This document shows, piece by piece, positions 28,878 through 37,065 of a DNA stretch of 64,000 nt. Under the pieces are notes generated by a model, which was given only the letters and a program-made list of their open reading frames with translations, ran no database searches and was not told the DNA's origin. The stretch is from a bacterium (GTDB lineage Bacteria > Patescibacteriota > Minisyncoccia > Phycocordibacterales > Phycocordibacteraceae): contig JAUSCN010000012.1 of the NCBI GenBank assembly GCA_030651285.1, forward strand, positions 9,441 to 73,440, in the 5' to 3' direction. The translations under genes and the position numbers were made by a program. Position 1 is the first letter of the stretch. Every line of letters begins with the position of its first letter.

Positions 28878-29504
28878 CTATGTTTTTCTTTCGAGCAAAA
28901 CTATGAGTGGAGAGCAGGCAGAAAAATATTTACTACGATCTCTCCCGATAAGGACAATGAGCTGTTCCAGTAATTCACGCACATCCTTCTGGTCGCCGAT
29001 CTTGTCTCGCTTATGAGCGACCAAGGCATCGTGCTCAATAGAAAACTCCTTCCAGGTATGCCCGCCCTGAATATAGTTAATAATCATCGGAATAAACTTA
29101 TCAACCGCATTCACGAAACGAGCTTCAGGATCGCTTCGTTTTTCATACGTTTCGATCGTCTCGTGTAAATCCGTGAATTCAGGGAATTCGCCAGCGATCC
29201 GAACACGAGCATTCTTTTCCCTGTCCTTTTTTGTTTTCAATCCCTCCTGATCAAATATGTAGGTGTCTCCGGCATATGCTTCATGCAGGTCATGTGCAAG
29301 AGCATACTGAAGCACTTTCTCTTTAGAATATTCTAATCGCAACGTATCACAGAGATACCAGCAAAGCATGGCAAGAAAATATGAGTGCTCTACATCATTT
29401 TCTCGGCGCGAAAGATCTCCCGTATGAGCCACCCTCTCAACTGACTGGAAGGTGTGCAGCAATCGCACGAAGGCCGCAGCTCGTTCCGCATCGGGAATCA
29501 TCAT
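28878..29504 (-). CDS. HD-domain phosphohydrolase (HDDC2/YfbR-like)
   Basis: RRENDVEHS, ALAHDLHEAYAGD, EARFV.AVDK. Confidence 0.9.
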   Translation of the reverse strand: MMIPDAERAAAFVRLLHTFQSVERVAHTGDLSRRENDVEHSYFLAMLCWYLCDTLRLEYSKEKVLQYALAHDLHEAYAGDTYIFDQEGLKTKKDREKNARVRIAGEFPEFTDLHETIETYEKRSDPEARFVNAVDKFIPMIINYIQGGHTWKEFSIEHDALVAHKRDKIGDQKDVRELLEQLIVLIGRDRSKYFSACSPLIVLLERKT

Positions 29505-29543
29505 AAGGCGAAGTATACTCTCACACTTTACTGCGTAAAGAAC

Positions 29544-29597
29544 GCACAGTAATAATGCAAAACCGCCCCTTATGGCGGTTTTGCATTATTACTGTGC
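29544..29597. repeat. Perfect 24-bp inverted repeat (long terminator-like hairpin)
   Basis: GCACAGTAATAATGCAAAACCGCC-ccttat-GGCGGTTTTGCATTATTACTGTGC. Confidence 0.9.
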
Positions 29598-29608
29598 ACT
29601 TGGAAATA

Positions 29609-30070
29609 CTATTCAACAATCAGGTTCCCCCTCTGGCCGAGTTGGCGATGATTGTATTTGCTGCAGTAGTACTCGAACGTTCCTGCCTTATCTGCCACGA
29701 ACTCTACAGTCACCGGCTGATTGAGTGGAGTGTCTTTCCTGATGCCAAACTCATCGAGAGTGAAGTCGTGTGTGCCTGCGGTATTAGTAATAGTGATTTT
29801 TACCGTGTCACCCTTTTTCACCTTCATTTCGCTCAAAGAAAAATGAGGCGACATCTTCCCGTCTGCGGTCTTATCCATCCACGAGGTCATCATGAACTCT
29901 TTTATGCCAGCAGTCGTGGTGGCAGTATTCTGAACATCTGAATTTGGAACAGTGGCCGTAACATCTGCTTTCGGCACACCACTATTTCCGCGATCTGCAC
30001 CATAAAACGCATAGCCCCCGAGTAACGTGAGCACGATCAATATTGGAAGGATAATTTTCATATGTTGCAT
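29609..30070 (-). CDS. Membrane-anchored cupredoxin domain protein
   Basis: VKKGDTV, THDF, FVADKAGTFEYYCSKYNHRQLGQ. Confidence 0.85.
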   Translation of the reverse strand: MQHMKIILPILIVLTLLGGYAFYGADRGNSGVPKADVTATVPNSDVQNTATTTAGIKEFMMTSWMDKTADGKMSPHFSLSEMKVKKGDTVKITITNTAGTHDFTLDEFGIRKDTPLNQPVTVEFVADKAGTFEYYCSKYNHRQLGQRGNLIVE

Positions 30071-30126
30071 ACATTATTAATCAAACATCGTTGCTAGTAT
30101 ATACCCCCGATTCACGCGCGCGAAAC

Positions 30127-31398
30127 CTACAACTTCTTCCACGCGCTCTCTTGGCGGACGAGCTTTGCGACGTCAGAACGATTAGCAAGGAGCGCCTCCA
30201 CGATTCGCTCAGTACGAACGGACTGCGAGCCTTTCACGAGAATGACATCGCCCTTCTGAACGAGCTCCGGGAGCGCGTGCACGACAGCTTGAGCAGTATC
30301 AAACGACTGCACCTCGGCATCTCCAGGAACGGTGACGAACGCACGAGAACGGATACCAACAGCGACGACAACGTCAGCCGCGCTGCGTGCCAGCTTGCCG
30401 ATGTGCTCGTGCTCCATCACCGAGTAGCGCCCAAGCTCTAGCATGTCGCCCAAGACGGCAATGCGCCTCTTCGCGTGAGGAAAATGCTTTAGTGTCTCCA
30501 AAGCTTCTTCCACTGCCGCTGGGGAAGCATTATACGAATCATCGATGATGATGGAACCATTCAGTCCTTCGAGGATACGGCCTCGGCCAGGTGGCGGCAC
30601 ATATGCTTCAAGCGCTTTAATCGCTTCAGGAAGCGGTATGTGAAATGCGCGCCCGACAGCAAGCGCTGCAGCCGCAGGAAGGAGCTGTACACTCCCAACC
30701 GATCCATGCACCACAAGTTCTCCCTTCTCACCCTCTACGCTTACGTTCGCCTGCATGCCAATGACTTTGCGCGACTTCTCATGACATTTTGCACTACTGA
30801 TACGCACCATAGCATTTTCCGAACTGCCATAAGAGATGATGTGTGCAGGAATACGCATCGCCATATCTAGCGCATACTGATCGTCAGATGAAATGATGAG
30901 CGGAGAGGCAGGAGGGAGCGCATATGCGGGAGAAAACTCCTCCTCGCGCACTGCTTCTGGCGAAGCATACGCTTCGACGTGTACTGGAATCTCGGGCAAT
31001 CGCGTCACCACGACCGCATCTGGAGTTGCAATGCGGACAATTCGTTTAAGATCGCCTGGTCGGTCGGCCCCCACTTCAAGCACGAGCATGTTCGGATAAT
31101 GATTGGGTAACACAAGAAGCGCGAGCGTGCTTCGTACTATCGAAAGCCATGCGAGCGGATTGCCCCACGGATTTGAAACACCAAGAATGGTAAATGGTAC
31201 GCCAAATTCGCTATTAAAACTCTTTTCACTCTTGCGCACATAGAACCGCGATGCGAGTACGGTCGCCACAGCATCTTTGGTCGATGTCTTCCCTACCGAG
31301 CCAGTGATCATCACGATGCGCGGATGATACCGCTGCACGACAGATCGTGCGGCAATTGCAAGCATCGAGACGACGATTGATTTCAGTATGTTTTTCAT
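30127..31398 (-). CDS. murF: UDP-MurNAc-tripeptide--D-Ala-D-Ala ligase
   Basis: ITGSVGKTSTK, DDSYNASP, LGDMLELG, VKGSQ. Confidence 0.93.
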   Translation of the reverse strand: MKNILKSIVVSMLAIAARSVVQRYHPRIVMITGSVGKTSTKDAVATVLASRFYVRKSEKSFNSEFGVPFTILGVSNPWGNPLAWLSIVRSTLALLVLPNHYPNMLVLEVGADRPGDLKRIVRIATPDAVVVTRLPEIPVHVEAYASPEAVREEEFSPAYALPPASPLIISSDDQYALDMAMRIPAHIISYGSSENAMVRISSAKCHEKSRKVIGMQANVSVEGEKGELVVHGSVGSVQLLPAAAALAVGRAFHIPLPEAIKALEAYVPPPGRGRILEGLNGSIIIDDSYNASPAAVEEALETLKHFPHAKRRIAVLGDMLELGRYSVMEHEHIGKLARSAADVVVAVGIRSRAFVTVPGDAEVQSFDTAQAVVHALPELVQKGDVILVKGSQSVRTERIVEALLANRSDVAKLVRQESAWKKL

Positions 31399-33131
31399 AG
31401 CGGTGTAGTGGTGGCGATGCCGCGATCCGGCGGTACCGCGTAATAGTCAATGAGGAAGTGCACTAGGTCAAGGAAGGTCGTACCGAGCGTATCTGACGCA
31501 TACGTGACGTTCTTGGGATCGTTCGTGTACAGCAGAATGATGAATCGAGGATTATACGACGGGAAAAACCCTGCAAACGAGTGGAAGAATCGGTCCGAAG
31601 CGTAACCTCCACGACCATCAGTAAGCTGGGCAGTACCCGTCTTCGCAGCCACTGACATCGTAGGAATCTTCGCCTTGCCGTTCTCAAGCTTTTCATCAAC
31701 GACAGCCGTCATCATTTCTGCGGTATCACGAACGGCTGTCGCCGAGAATACCTGGACCCCTTTACCCCAATCAAGTTTCCGATCAATACCTGAATTGAGG
31801 CGTATCGTGCTCACTAAATGCGGCTGCACCATCACACCCCCGTTTGCGAGCGCACCAAGAGCACGGATCATCTGAATTGGTGTGACGGCGATACCTTGCC
31901 CATATGATGCAGTGTCATAGTTGATTTGTTGCGGCTTCGAAAGATTGCTGAGAAGCGCTCGGCCCTCATTTGGAAGATCTATACCCGTTTTCTGACCAAA
32001 TATTTTTGTAAAATATTCACGGAATGAATCCTGACCCAATTCTGTCGCCACCCATGATGCCCCGACGTTGAGCGACTGTACGATGATTTGCCTCATAGGA
32101 ATGACGCCTCGAGGCTTTAAATCCCAATTACAGATGCGCGCCGTGTTCACGGTGATACAGCCTGTGTCGTTATATGTCGTCTGCGGCGTGATAACTCCCG
32201 CATCAAGCCCCGACGTCATGGTAATCGGCTTCATGATCGAGCCGAATTCATGCACGTTTTCTACGAGAGGATTCCTGAGCGCTGACGGACCTACCTCTTG
32301 GCGATTATTTTCATCAAAGGTCGGGAACGAAGCAAGCGCGATTATTTCTCCGGTCGCCGGATCCATAATGATGCCCCCCGACTCCCGACTCGAGTAACGA
32401 TCATTCAATTTTGCAAGATCGTTTTCAAGACGTGTCTGCACTTCAGGCTCGATCGTCGTCACGACGTCTCCTTCTCGTGCATCTCTTGCGGAAACCAGTA
32501 GGTTGCCGACATTGGAGAATAGCTCTGCAAAAAAATTCTTATATAGACCATTGCCCGAGCGCATAAGCGGCACATCGTACGCAGCCTCAAGACCTGTCTG
32601 GCCGCTCAGTGTATCGCTTGAGCCATACGACACGGTACCAATCGAATGCGCGGAGAGTGTGGCGCCAGGATAGTAGCGCCAGCGTTCGCGCAGCACCTGC
32701 ACGCCAGGAATAGCTTTTTCGGCGAGCGTTTTACCATCTGCCTCAGAAAGGCGATGAGCGACTTCAATGTATACCTGCGTCTTCTTTGTGGCCGCAGCGA
32801 GAAATGCGCTTTTCGATAATGTCGAAGAAGAGACTGCGCTTATAGCTCCATACGCACCTTCAGGATCAGCGAGCGTCTGCGGGTTTATCGCGACAAGGAA
32901 CCCTGTAGTGACCGTGGCAGCAGAAATGAGCGTGCCATCTTTTCGAGTGAAATAAATTGAGCCCCGATCAAAGAGGCCGCTTCCGCCAGACGCAAATTGG
33001 CGATCAGCTTTCTGCGAGTATTCCTCACCATGGACTATCTGTATGAAATAAAGGCGAGTGAGGATGAGGAGAGCTGCAAGGACAATGAACGCGAGAATGA
33101 GACGTATGCGGGAGCGAAACTGGGCGCGCAT
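31395..33131 (-). CDS. ftsI: Class B penicillin-binding protein (FtsI-like)
   Basis: GSIMKP (SxxK), SLN, KTGTAQ; located in mraZ-rsmH cluster. Confidence 0.88.
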   Translation of the reverse strand: MRAQFRSRIRLILAFIVLAALLILTRLYFIQIVHGEEYSQKADRQFASGGSGLFDRGSIYFTRKDGTLISAATVTTGFLVAINPQTLADPEGAYGAISAVSSSTLSKSAFLAAATKKTQVYIEVAHRLSEADGKTLAEKAIPGVQVLRERWRYYPGATLSAHSIGTVSYGSSDTLSGQTGLEAAYDVPLMRSGNGLYKNFFAELFSNVGNLLVSARDAREGDVVTTIEPEVQTRLENDLAKLNDRYSSRESGGIIMDPATGEIIALASFPTFDENNRQEVGPSALRNPLVENVHEFGSIMKPITMTSGLDAGVITPQTTYNDTGCITVNTARICNWDLKPRGVIPMRQIIVQSLNVGASWVATELGQDSFREYFTKIFGQKTGIDLPNEGRALLSNLSKPQQINYDTASYGQGIAVTPIQMIRALGALANGGVMVQPHLVSTIRLNSGIDRKLDWGKGVQVFSATAVRDTAEMMTAVVDEKLENGKAKIPTMSVAAKTGTAQLTDGRGGYASDRFFHSFAGFFPSYNPRFIILLYTNDPKNVTYASDTLGTTFLDLVHFLIDYYAVPPDRGIATTTPL

Positions 33132-33142
33132 ACGTATTCACT

Positions 33143-33439
33143 CTAGCGCAGGGCTGTCACGCTTTTAGCCGGCACGAAGATCTTTGCGCTCGGCTCTGCA
33201 TATCCGGCTGCGACGTAGTCCGTCTTCGAGATGCGTGCCATTGTCGCCAGATATTCTCCCTCGAGCATCGCGACCGCCGTCTCATCATTTCTCACCGACT
33301 GCGAGAATTCTACCGTGTGCGCGGCATAGCTCATGACAACAGCAATGAGTCCGATGTACGAGACCGCGAGCGCCATGACGAGGCCAAAAGCAATCTTAAC
33401 TGGAGAATATGGGAAATGAGTAATGAGGTTATATGACAT
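33143..33439 (-). CDS. Single-TM protein at the FtsL position
   Basis: TM + coiled coil, between rsmH and ftsI (synteny inference). Confidence 0.6.
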   Translation of the reverse strand: MSYNLITHFPYSPVKIAFGLVMALAVSYIGLIAVVMSYAAHTVEFSQSVRNDETAVAMLEGEYLATMARISKTDYVAAGYAEPSAKIFVPAKSVTALR

Positions 33440-34379
33440 AAGAAAGAGCTGAGGCTGGTATTTCTGAACCGGCGGTTTCTGCGACGGAACGCTCGAAGAC
33501 CCGAAGCTTCGCGCTTCGTGCGCGTCGATTCTTGAGAATCTCCGCACGCGACGGAACAATCGGCTTCTTCGGGTTCAACGTGCCCATCCCTACTTCAACG
33601 GCGTCGCGCAGCAAACCCTTCACAACACGGTCTTCGATACTGTGGAATGAGATCACTGCAAGCTTCCCGCTCGGCGCAAGTGCCGAAAGACCTGCAGCAA
33701 TACCTTGGCGCATCGCACCGATCTCGTCGTTTACTGCAATACGGAGCGCCTGGAAGGTCTTGGTTGCCGGATGAATTTTTCGATCGTGATACGCACGTGG
33801 AGTGCCCGCCTTCACTGCAGCGACGAGCGCAGCAGTCGTCAGGATGCGCTCCTTCGAACGCGCAGCGACAATCGCGCGTGCGATACCGCGAGCAAAGCGC
33901 TCCTCGCCGTACGTAAAAATGATGTCTGCAATCTCTTCTTCGGTAGCAGAATTCACGATGTCTGCTGCTGTCTCCCCTCCTTCGCCATACGTCATAAGTA
34001 GCAGCTCATCGTTCTGGAAAGAAAATCCGCGAGGAGCAGCGATCTGGTATCCGCTCCACCCGAGATCGAAAAGCATTTTGTTGACCTGACCGACGCCGAG
34101 TCGTTCAAGGATGTGCGAAATATTACGAAAATTGTCGTTCACAAGATGCGCGACAGGGCGCTCCGGGCGGCGATCCTGCGCGTATGCTTCGCGAGCGCGC
34201 TCTACCGCTGCAGAGTCAGCATCAATACCGATGACGATACCTCCCTCGCCAAGAGCGGAAAGAATCTCTTTGAAGTGACCGGCTCCCCCGAGAGTTGCGT
34301 CTATGACCGTGTCGCCCGCCTGCACATCGAGTGCCTCGAGCACCTCATCCATAAGTACGCTGTCGTGGCGAGCTTCCAT
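33429..34379 (-). CDS. rsmH: 16S rRNA m4C1402 methyltransferase
   Basis: IDATLGGAGH, DLGWS, TFQALRIAVNDE, SFHSIEDR, RSAKLR. Confidence 0.96.
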   Translation of the reverse strand: MEARHDSVLMDEVLEALDVQAGDTVIDATLGGAGHFKEILSALGEGGIVIGIDADSAAVERAREAYAQDRRPERPVAHLVNDNFRNISHILERLGVGQVNKMLFDLGWSGYQIAAPRGFSFQNDELLLMTYGEGGETAADIVNSATEEEIADIIFTYGEERFARGIARAIVAARSKERILTTAALVAAVKAGTPRAYHDRKIHPATKTFQALRIAVNDEIGAMRQGIAAGLSALAPSGKLAVISFHSIEDRVVKGLLRDAVEVGMGTLNPKKPIVPSRAEILKNRRARSAKLRVFERSVAETAGSEIPASALSYVI

Positions 34380-34380
34380 A

Positions 34381-34812
34381 TCAGTTTTGGGTGTCACCGA
34401 GTTTCTCAGCGAACGCGTCAGCATCACGCTCGATAGCAGCCGTATATGCCTTCCATGCATCCTCATCCCAGATCTCAATGCGGCTTGCAACACCTGCGAT
34501 GACCGTCTTCGCAGAAAGCCCTGCAAAGCTCTTCAGGTGGTCCGGAATAAGCACACGACCAACAGCATCGACCTCTGCCTCCATGGCACCGGCAAGAAAA
34601 AGGCGGGCGAGACCGCGTGCTGCCGCTGTCCCTCCCGCATGAGCTGCCCGTGCCTCGGCCTCCTTTGCCCACGCCTTCTTCGGATACACGAAGAGGCAAT
34701 GATCGAGACCTCGCGTCATAACCACTGTACGACCTAGATCCTTCCGGAATTTTGCCGGAAGCGAAATACGATTCTTAGGATCTAGGGTGTGCAGGTATTC
34801 GCCGATAAACAT
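34381..34812 (-). CDS. mraZ: Division/cell-wall cluster repressor MraZ
   Basis: MFIGEYLHTLDPKNRISLPAKFR, D..GRVLIP. Confidence 0.95.
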   Translation of the reverse strand: MFIGEYLHTLDPKNRISLPAKFRKDLGRTVVMTRGLDHCLFVYPKKAWAKEAEARAAHAGGTAAARGLARLFLAGAMEAEVDAVGRVLIPDHLKSFAGLSAKTVIAGVASRIEIWDEDAWKAYTAAIERDADAFAEKLGDTQN

Positions 34813-34852
34813 GGTGAAATTTTTGAGACAGAGCGGAAGGAAGATTACTCTT

Positions 34853-34923
34853 CTTCCCACTTCATCCCACTGGTATTGAATTATATGCCACTTCCTCCCA
34901 CTACCCTACTCTTCTTATCCACA
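34853..34923 (-). promoter_or_regulatory. MraZ-type GTGG direct repeats plus a perfect DnaA box upstream of mraZ
   Basis: Minus strand GTGGGATGAAGTGGGAAG and GTGGGAGGAAGTGG (10-bp spacing); TTATCCACA at 34915-34923. Confidence 0.65.
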
Positions 34924-34997
34924 CTTTTGCATACCGAGAACAACGAAAAACTGGCGCAGAAATGTGCCAGTTTTTCATTGCTATGTCCCGGTAATTC

Positions 34998-36449
34998 CTA
35001 TCGCGGACGCATCAGAGGAAATATCTGCCCCTCCCGCACAGAAACACCTTCAAGGAAGCTGAAGAGTCGCTCAGAAACACCGAAGCCGAATGCGGGTGGC
35101 ATACCATATTCTAGAGCTTCTACATACTCGGCGTCTGGCATCTGCGCTTCTTCATCGCCAGCGTCACGCAGCTGTTGTTGACGCTTGAAACGCTCAGTCT
35201 GATCGACAGGATCGTTCAACTCGCTGAATCCTTTCCCTATCTCCGAACCGGCAATCATTACCTGGAAGCGCTCGACAACACGCGGATCTTTTATACTTTT
35301 TTTCGCGAGTGGCTCCATATAGACCGGCACATTTACGAGAAACCCGGGGCCTTGCAGAGTTTTCCGAATCTGTTTCCATGCAATATCAACAAGTCGTTCA
35401 ATGCCAGCACCGGACTCGAATGGAATATTTCTCTTTCCCAGTGCAGATATCCAATCAGCTTTCTCATCAAGCGGATCGAGACCGTACTCCTTTTTCATCA
35501 GTGCACAGAAATCATACGTCTCCCATTCCTTATCCAGGTCGATAGTAGAATCTTTAATCTTGAAAACGCGTGTGCCGTAGACTTTGTCTGCGATCGTGCG
35601 ATACAGATCGGTAACCATCTCCATGCCAGCCCCATAATCTTTAAATGCCTCGTAACACTCCATCTGCGTATAATCTTGCGCATGTTCCGCTGACATCCCT
35701 TCATTACGGAAGATGCGTCCGATTTCAAACACCTTCGGAAGTCCGGCGATGATAAGACGCTTCTGCCAGAGTTCTCCAGCAGAAATGCGCAGATACACAT
35801 CTATGTCGAGCGCATTGTGATGCGTCTCAAACGGGCGCGCTTCCGCGCCGCCAGTCGTCGTCTCCAGCACGGGTGTTTCCACTTCGACGAAGTCCCGTTC
35901 AAGGAGGTACGAACGGATAACATTCCAAAACTTCGAACGTCTGCGGATACGGTCAGCGAGATCCTTCGAAAGCAAGATATCGAGATAGCGTTTTCGAAAT
36001 CGTTCATCCTCGTCCTTGATACCGTACCACTCATCGGGCAAAGGTCGCAGCGACTTCGCGAGCATCCGCCATCCGGTCACATCCAATGACGGCACGCCGC
36101 GCTTGGTCGTAAATGCCAGACCGGAAAACTCAACGATATCGCCAGCATCGACAGTACCAACAAAAAGATTGTAGGATGATTCCCCGAGCTTATCGCGCTG
36201 TACATAGCACTGCCCCTTTATTCCATCAAAAATATCAACGAAAAGCGAACCTCCGTGTTCGCGTATGGACATCACTCGCCCAGCGAGCATCACCTGCTCA
36301 CTGTCCTTCTCGAGAGAAGGATGATTCTCAAGAAACTGGTCGACCGCATGCGTACGCCCCGTGTGAGCCGGGTACGAATCCATACCCGCCTCTTTGAGAC
36401 GTTCTATTTTCGCCAGTCTCTCGGTGCGCACCGTTTCAAGCAAAGCCAT
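34998..36449 (-). CDS. lysS: Lysine--tRNA ligase (class II)
   Basis: GGAEARPFETHHNALD, FEIGRIFRNEG, ALEYGMPP. Confidence 0.97.
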   Translation of the reverse strand: MALLETVRTERLAKIERLKEAGMDSYPAHTGRTHAVDQFLENHPSLEKDSEQVMLAGRVMSIREHGGSLFVDIFDGIKGQCYVQRDKLGESSYNLFVGTVDAGDIVEFSGLAFTTKRGVPSLDVTGWRMLAKSLRPLPDEWYGIKDEDERFRKRYLDILLSKDLADRIRRRSKFWNVIRSYLLERDFVEVETPVLETTTGGAEARPFETHHNALDIDVYLRISAGELWQKRLIIAGLPKVFEIGRIFRNEGMSAEHAQDYTQMECYEAFKDYGAGMEMVTDLYRTIADKVYGTRVFKIKDSTIDLDKEWETYDFCALMKKEYGLDPLDEKADWISALGKRNIPFESGAGIERLVDIAWKQIRKTLQGPGFLVNVPVYMEPLAKKSIKDPRVVERFQVMIAGSEIGKGFSELNDPVDQTERFKRQQQLRDAGDEEAQMPDAEYVEALEYGMPPAFGFGVSERLFSFLEGVSVREGQIFPLMRPR

Positions 36450-36472
36450 ACGCACTACTATACATCAGATTG

Positions 36473-36946
36473 TTACGCGACCTTCTCGATCATGTACGTC
36501 TGCTTGCCGTTTGGAGTGCTGAAGGTGAATACATCACCTTTCTTCTTTCCCATGAGCGCAGAGCCGAGCGGAGAGAGGTGCGAGAGCTTTTTTACGCGCA
36601 TGTCTGCCTCTTCACTACCGACGATAGTGTATTCGTGCAAGTCAGCGCTACCCTCCTTTTTGATGCTGACCTTCGAGCCAAAACTAACCTCACTCTTCTT
36701 CTTGCCGTCGGTGATAATCTTCGTAAATTTCACTAGCTCTTCAAGCTTCTTGATGCGTTCTTCAGTCGCAGCCTGCAAGTCACGGGCCTCCTGATACTCT
36801 GCGTTTTCTGAAAGGTCGCCGAGCGAGCGAGCGTATTCGAGACTCTTTGCTATCTCAGTGCGACGCACTGTTTTCAAGTGATCGAGCTCTTGTAGCATCT
36901 CATCGAACTTTTCCTGCGACACTACGGCTTGTTGTGCATCGGGCAT
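36473..36946 (-). CDS. greA: Transcription elongation factor GreA
   Basis: GDLSENAEY, YTIVGSEEAD, SPLGSALMGK. Confidence 0.96.
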   Translation of the reverse strand: MPDAQQAVVSQEKFDEMLQELDHLKTVRRTEIAKSLEYARSLGDLSENAEYQEARDLQAATEERIKKLEELVKFTKIITDGKKKSEVSFGSKVSIKKEGSADLHEYTIVGSEEADMRVKKLSHLSPLGSALMGKKKGDVFTFSTPNGKQTYMIEKVA

Positions 36947-37021
36947 ATGATCGTGGTATGGGAAGCATTGTACGCGGTCCATACCAGAGCGCAATAGCAC
37001 ACTCAAACAAAGAAAATAAAA

Positions 37022-37049
37022 GAGGGACAGGTCGTATGACCTGTCCCTC
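37022..37049 (-). terminator. ppdK terminator
   Basis: GAGGGACAGGTC-gtat-GACCTGTCCCTC followed by a T-run on the minus strand. Confidence 0.82.
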
Positions 37050-37065
37050 CGAATGCTCAGCGCTT

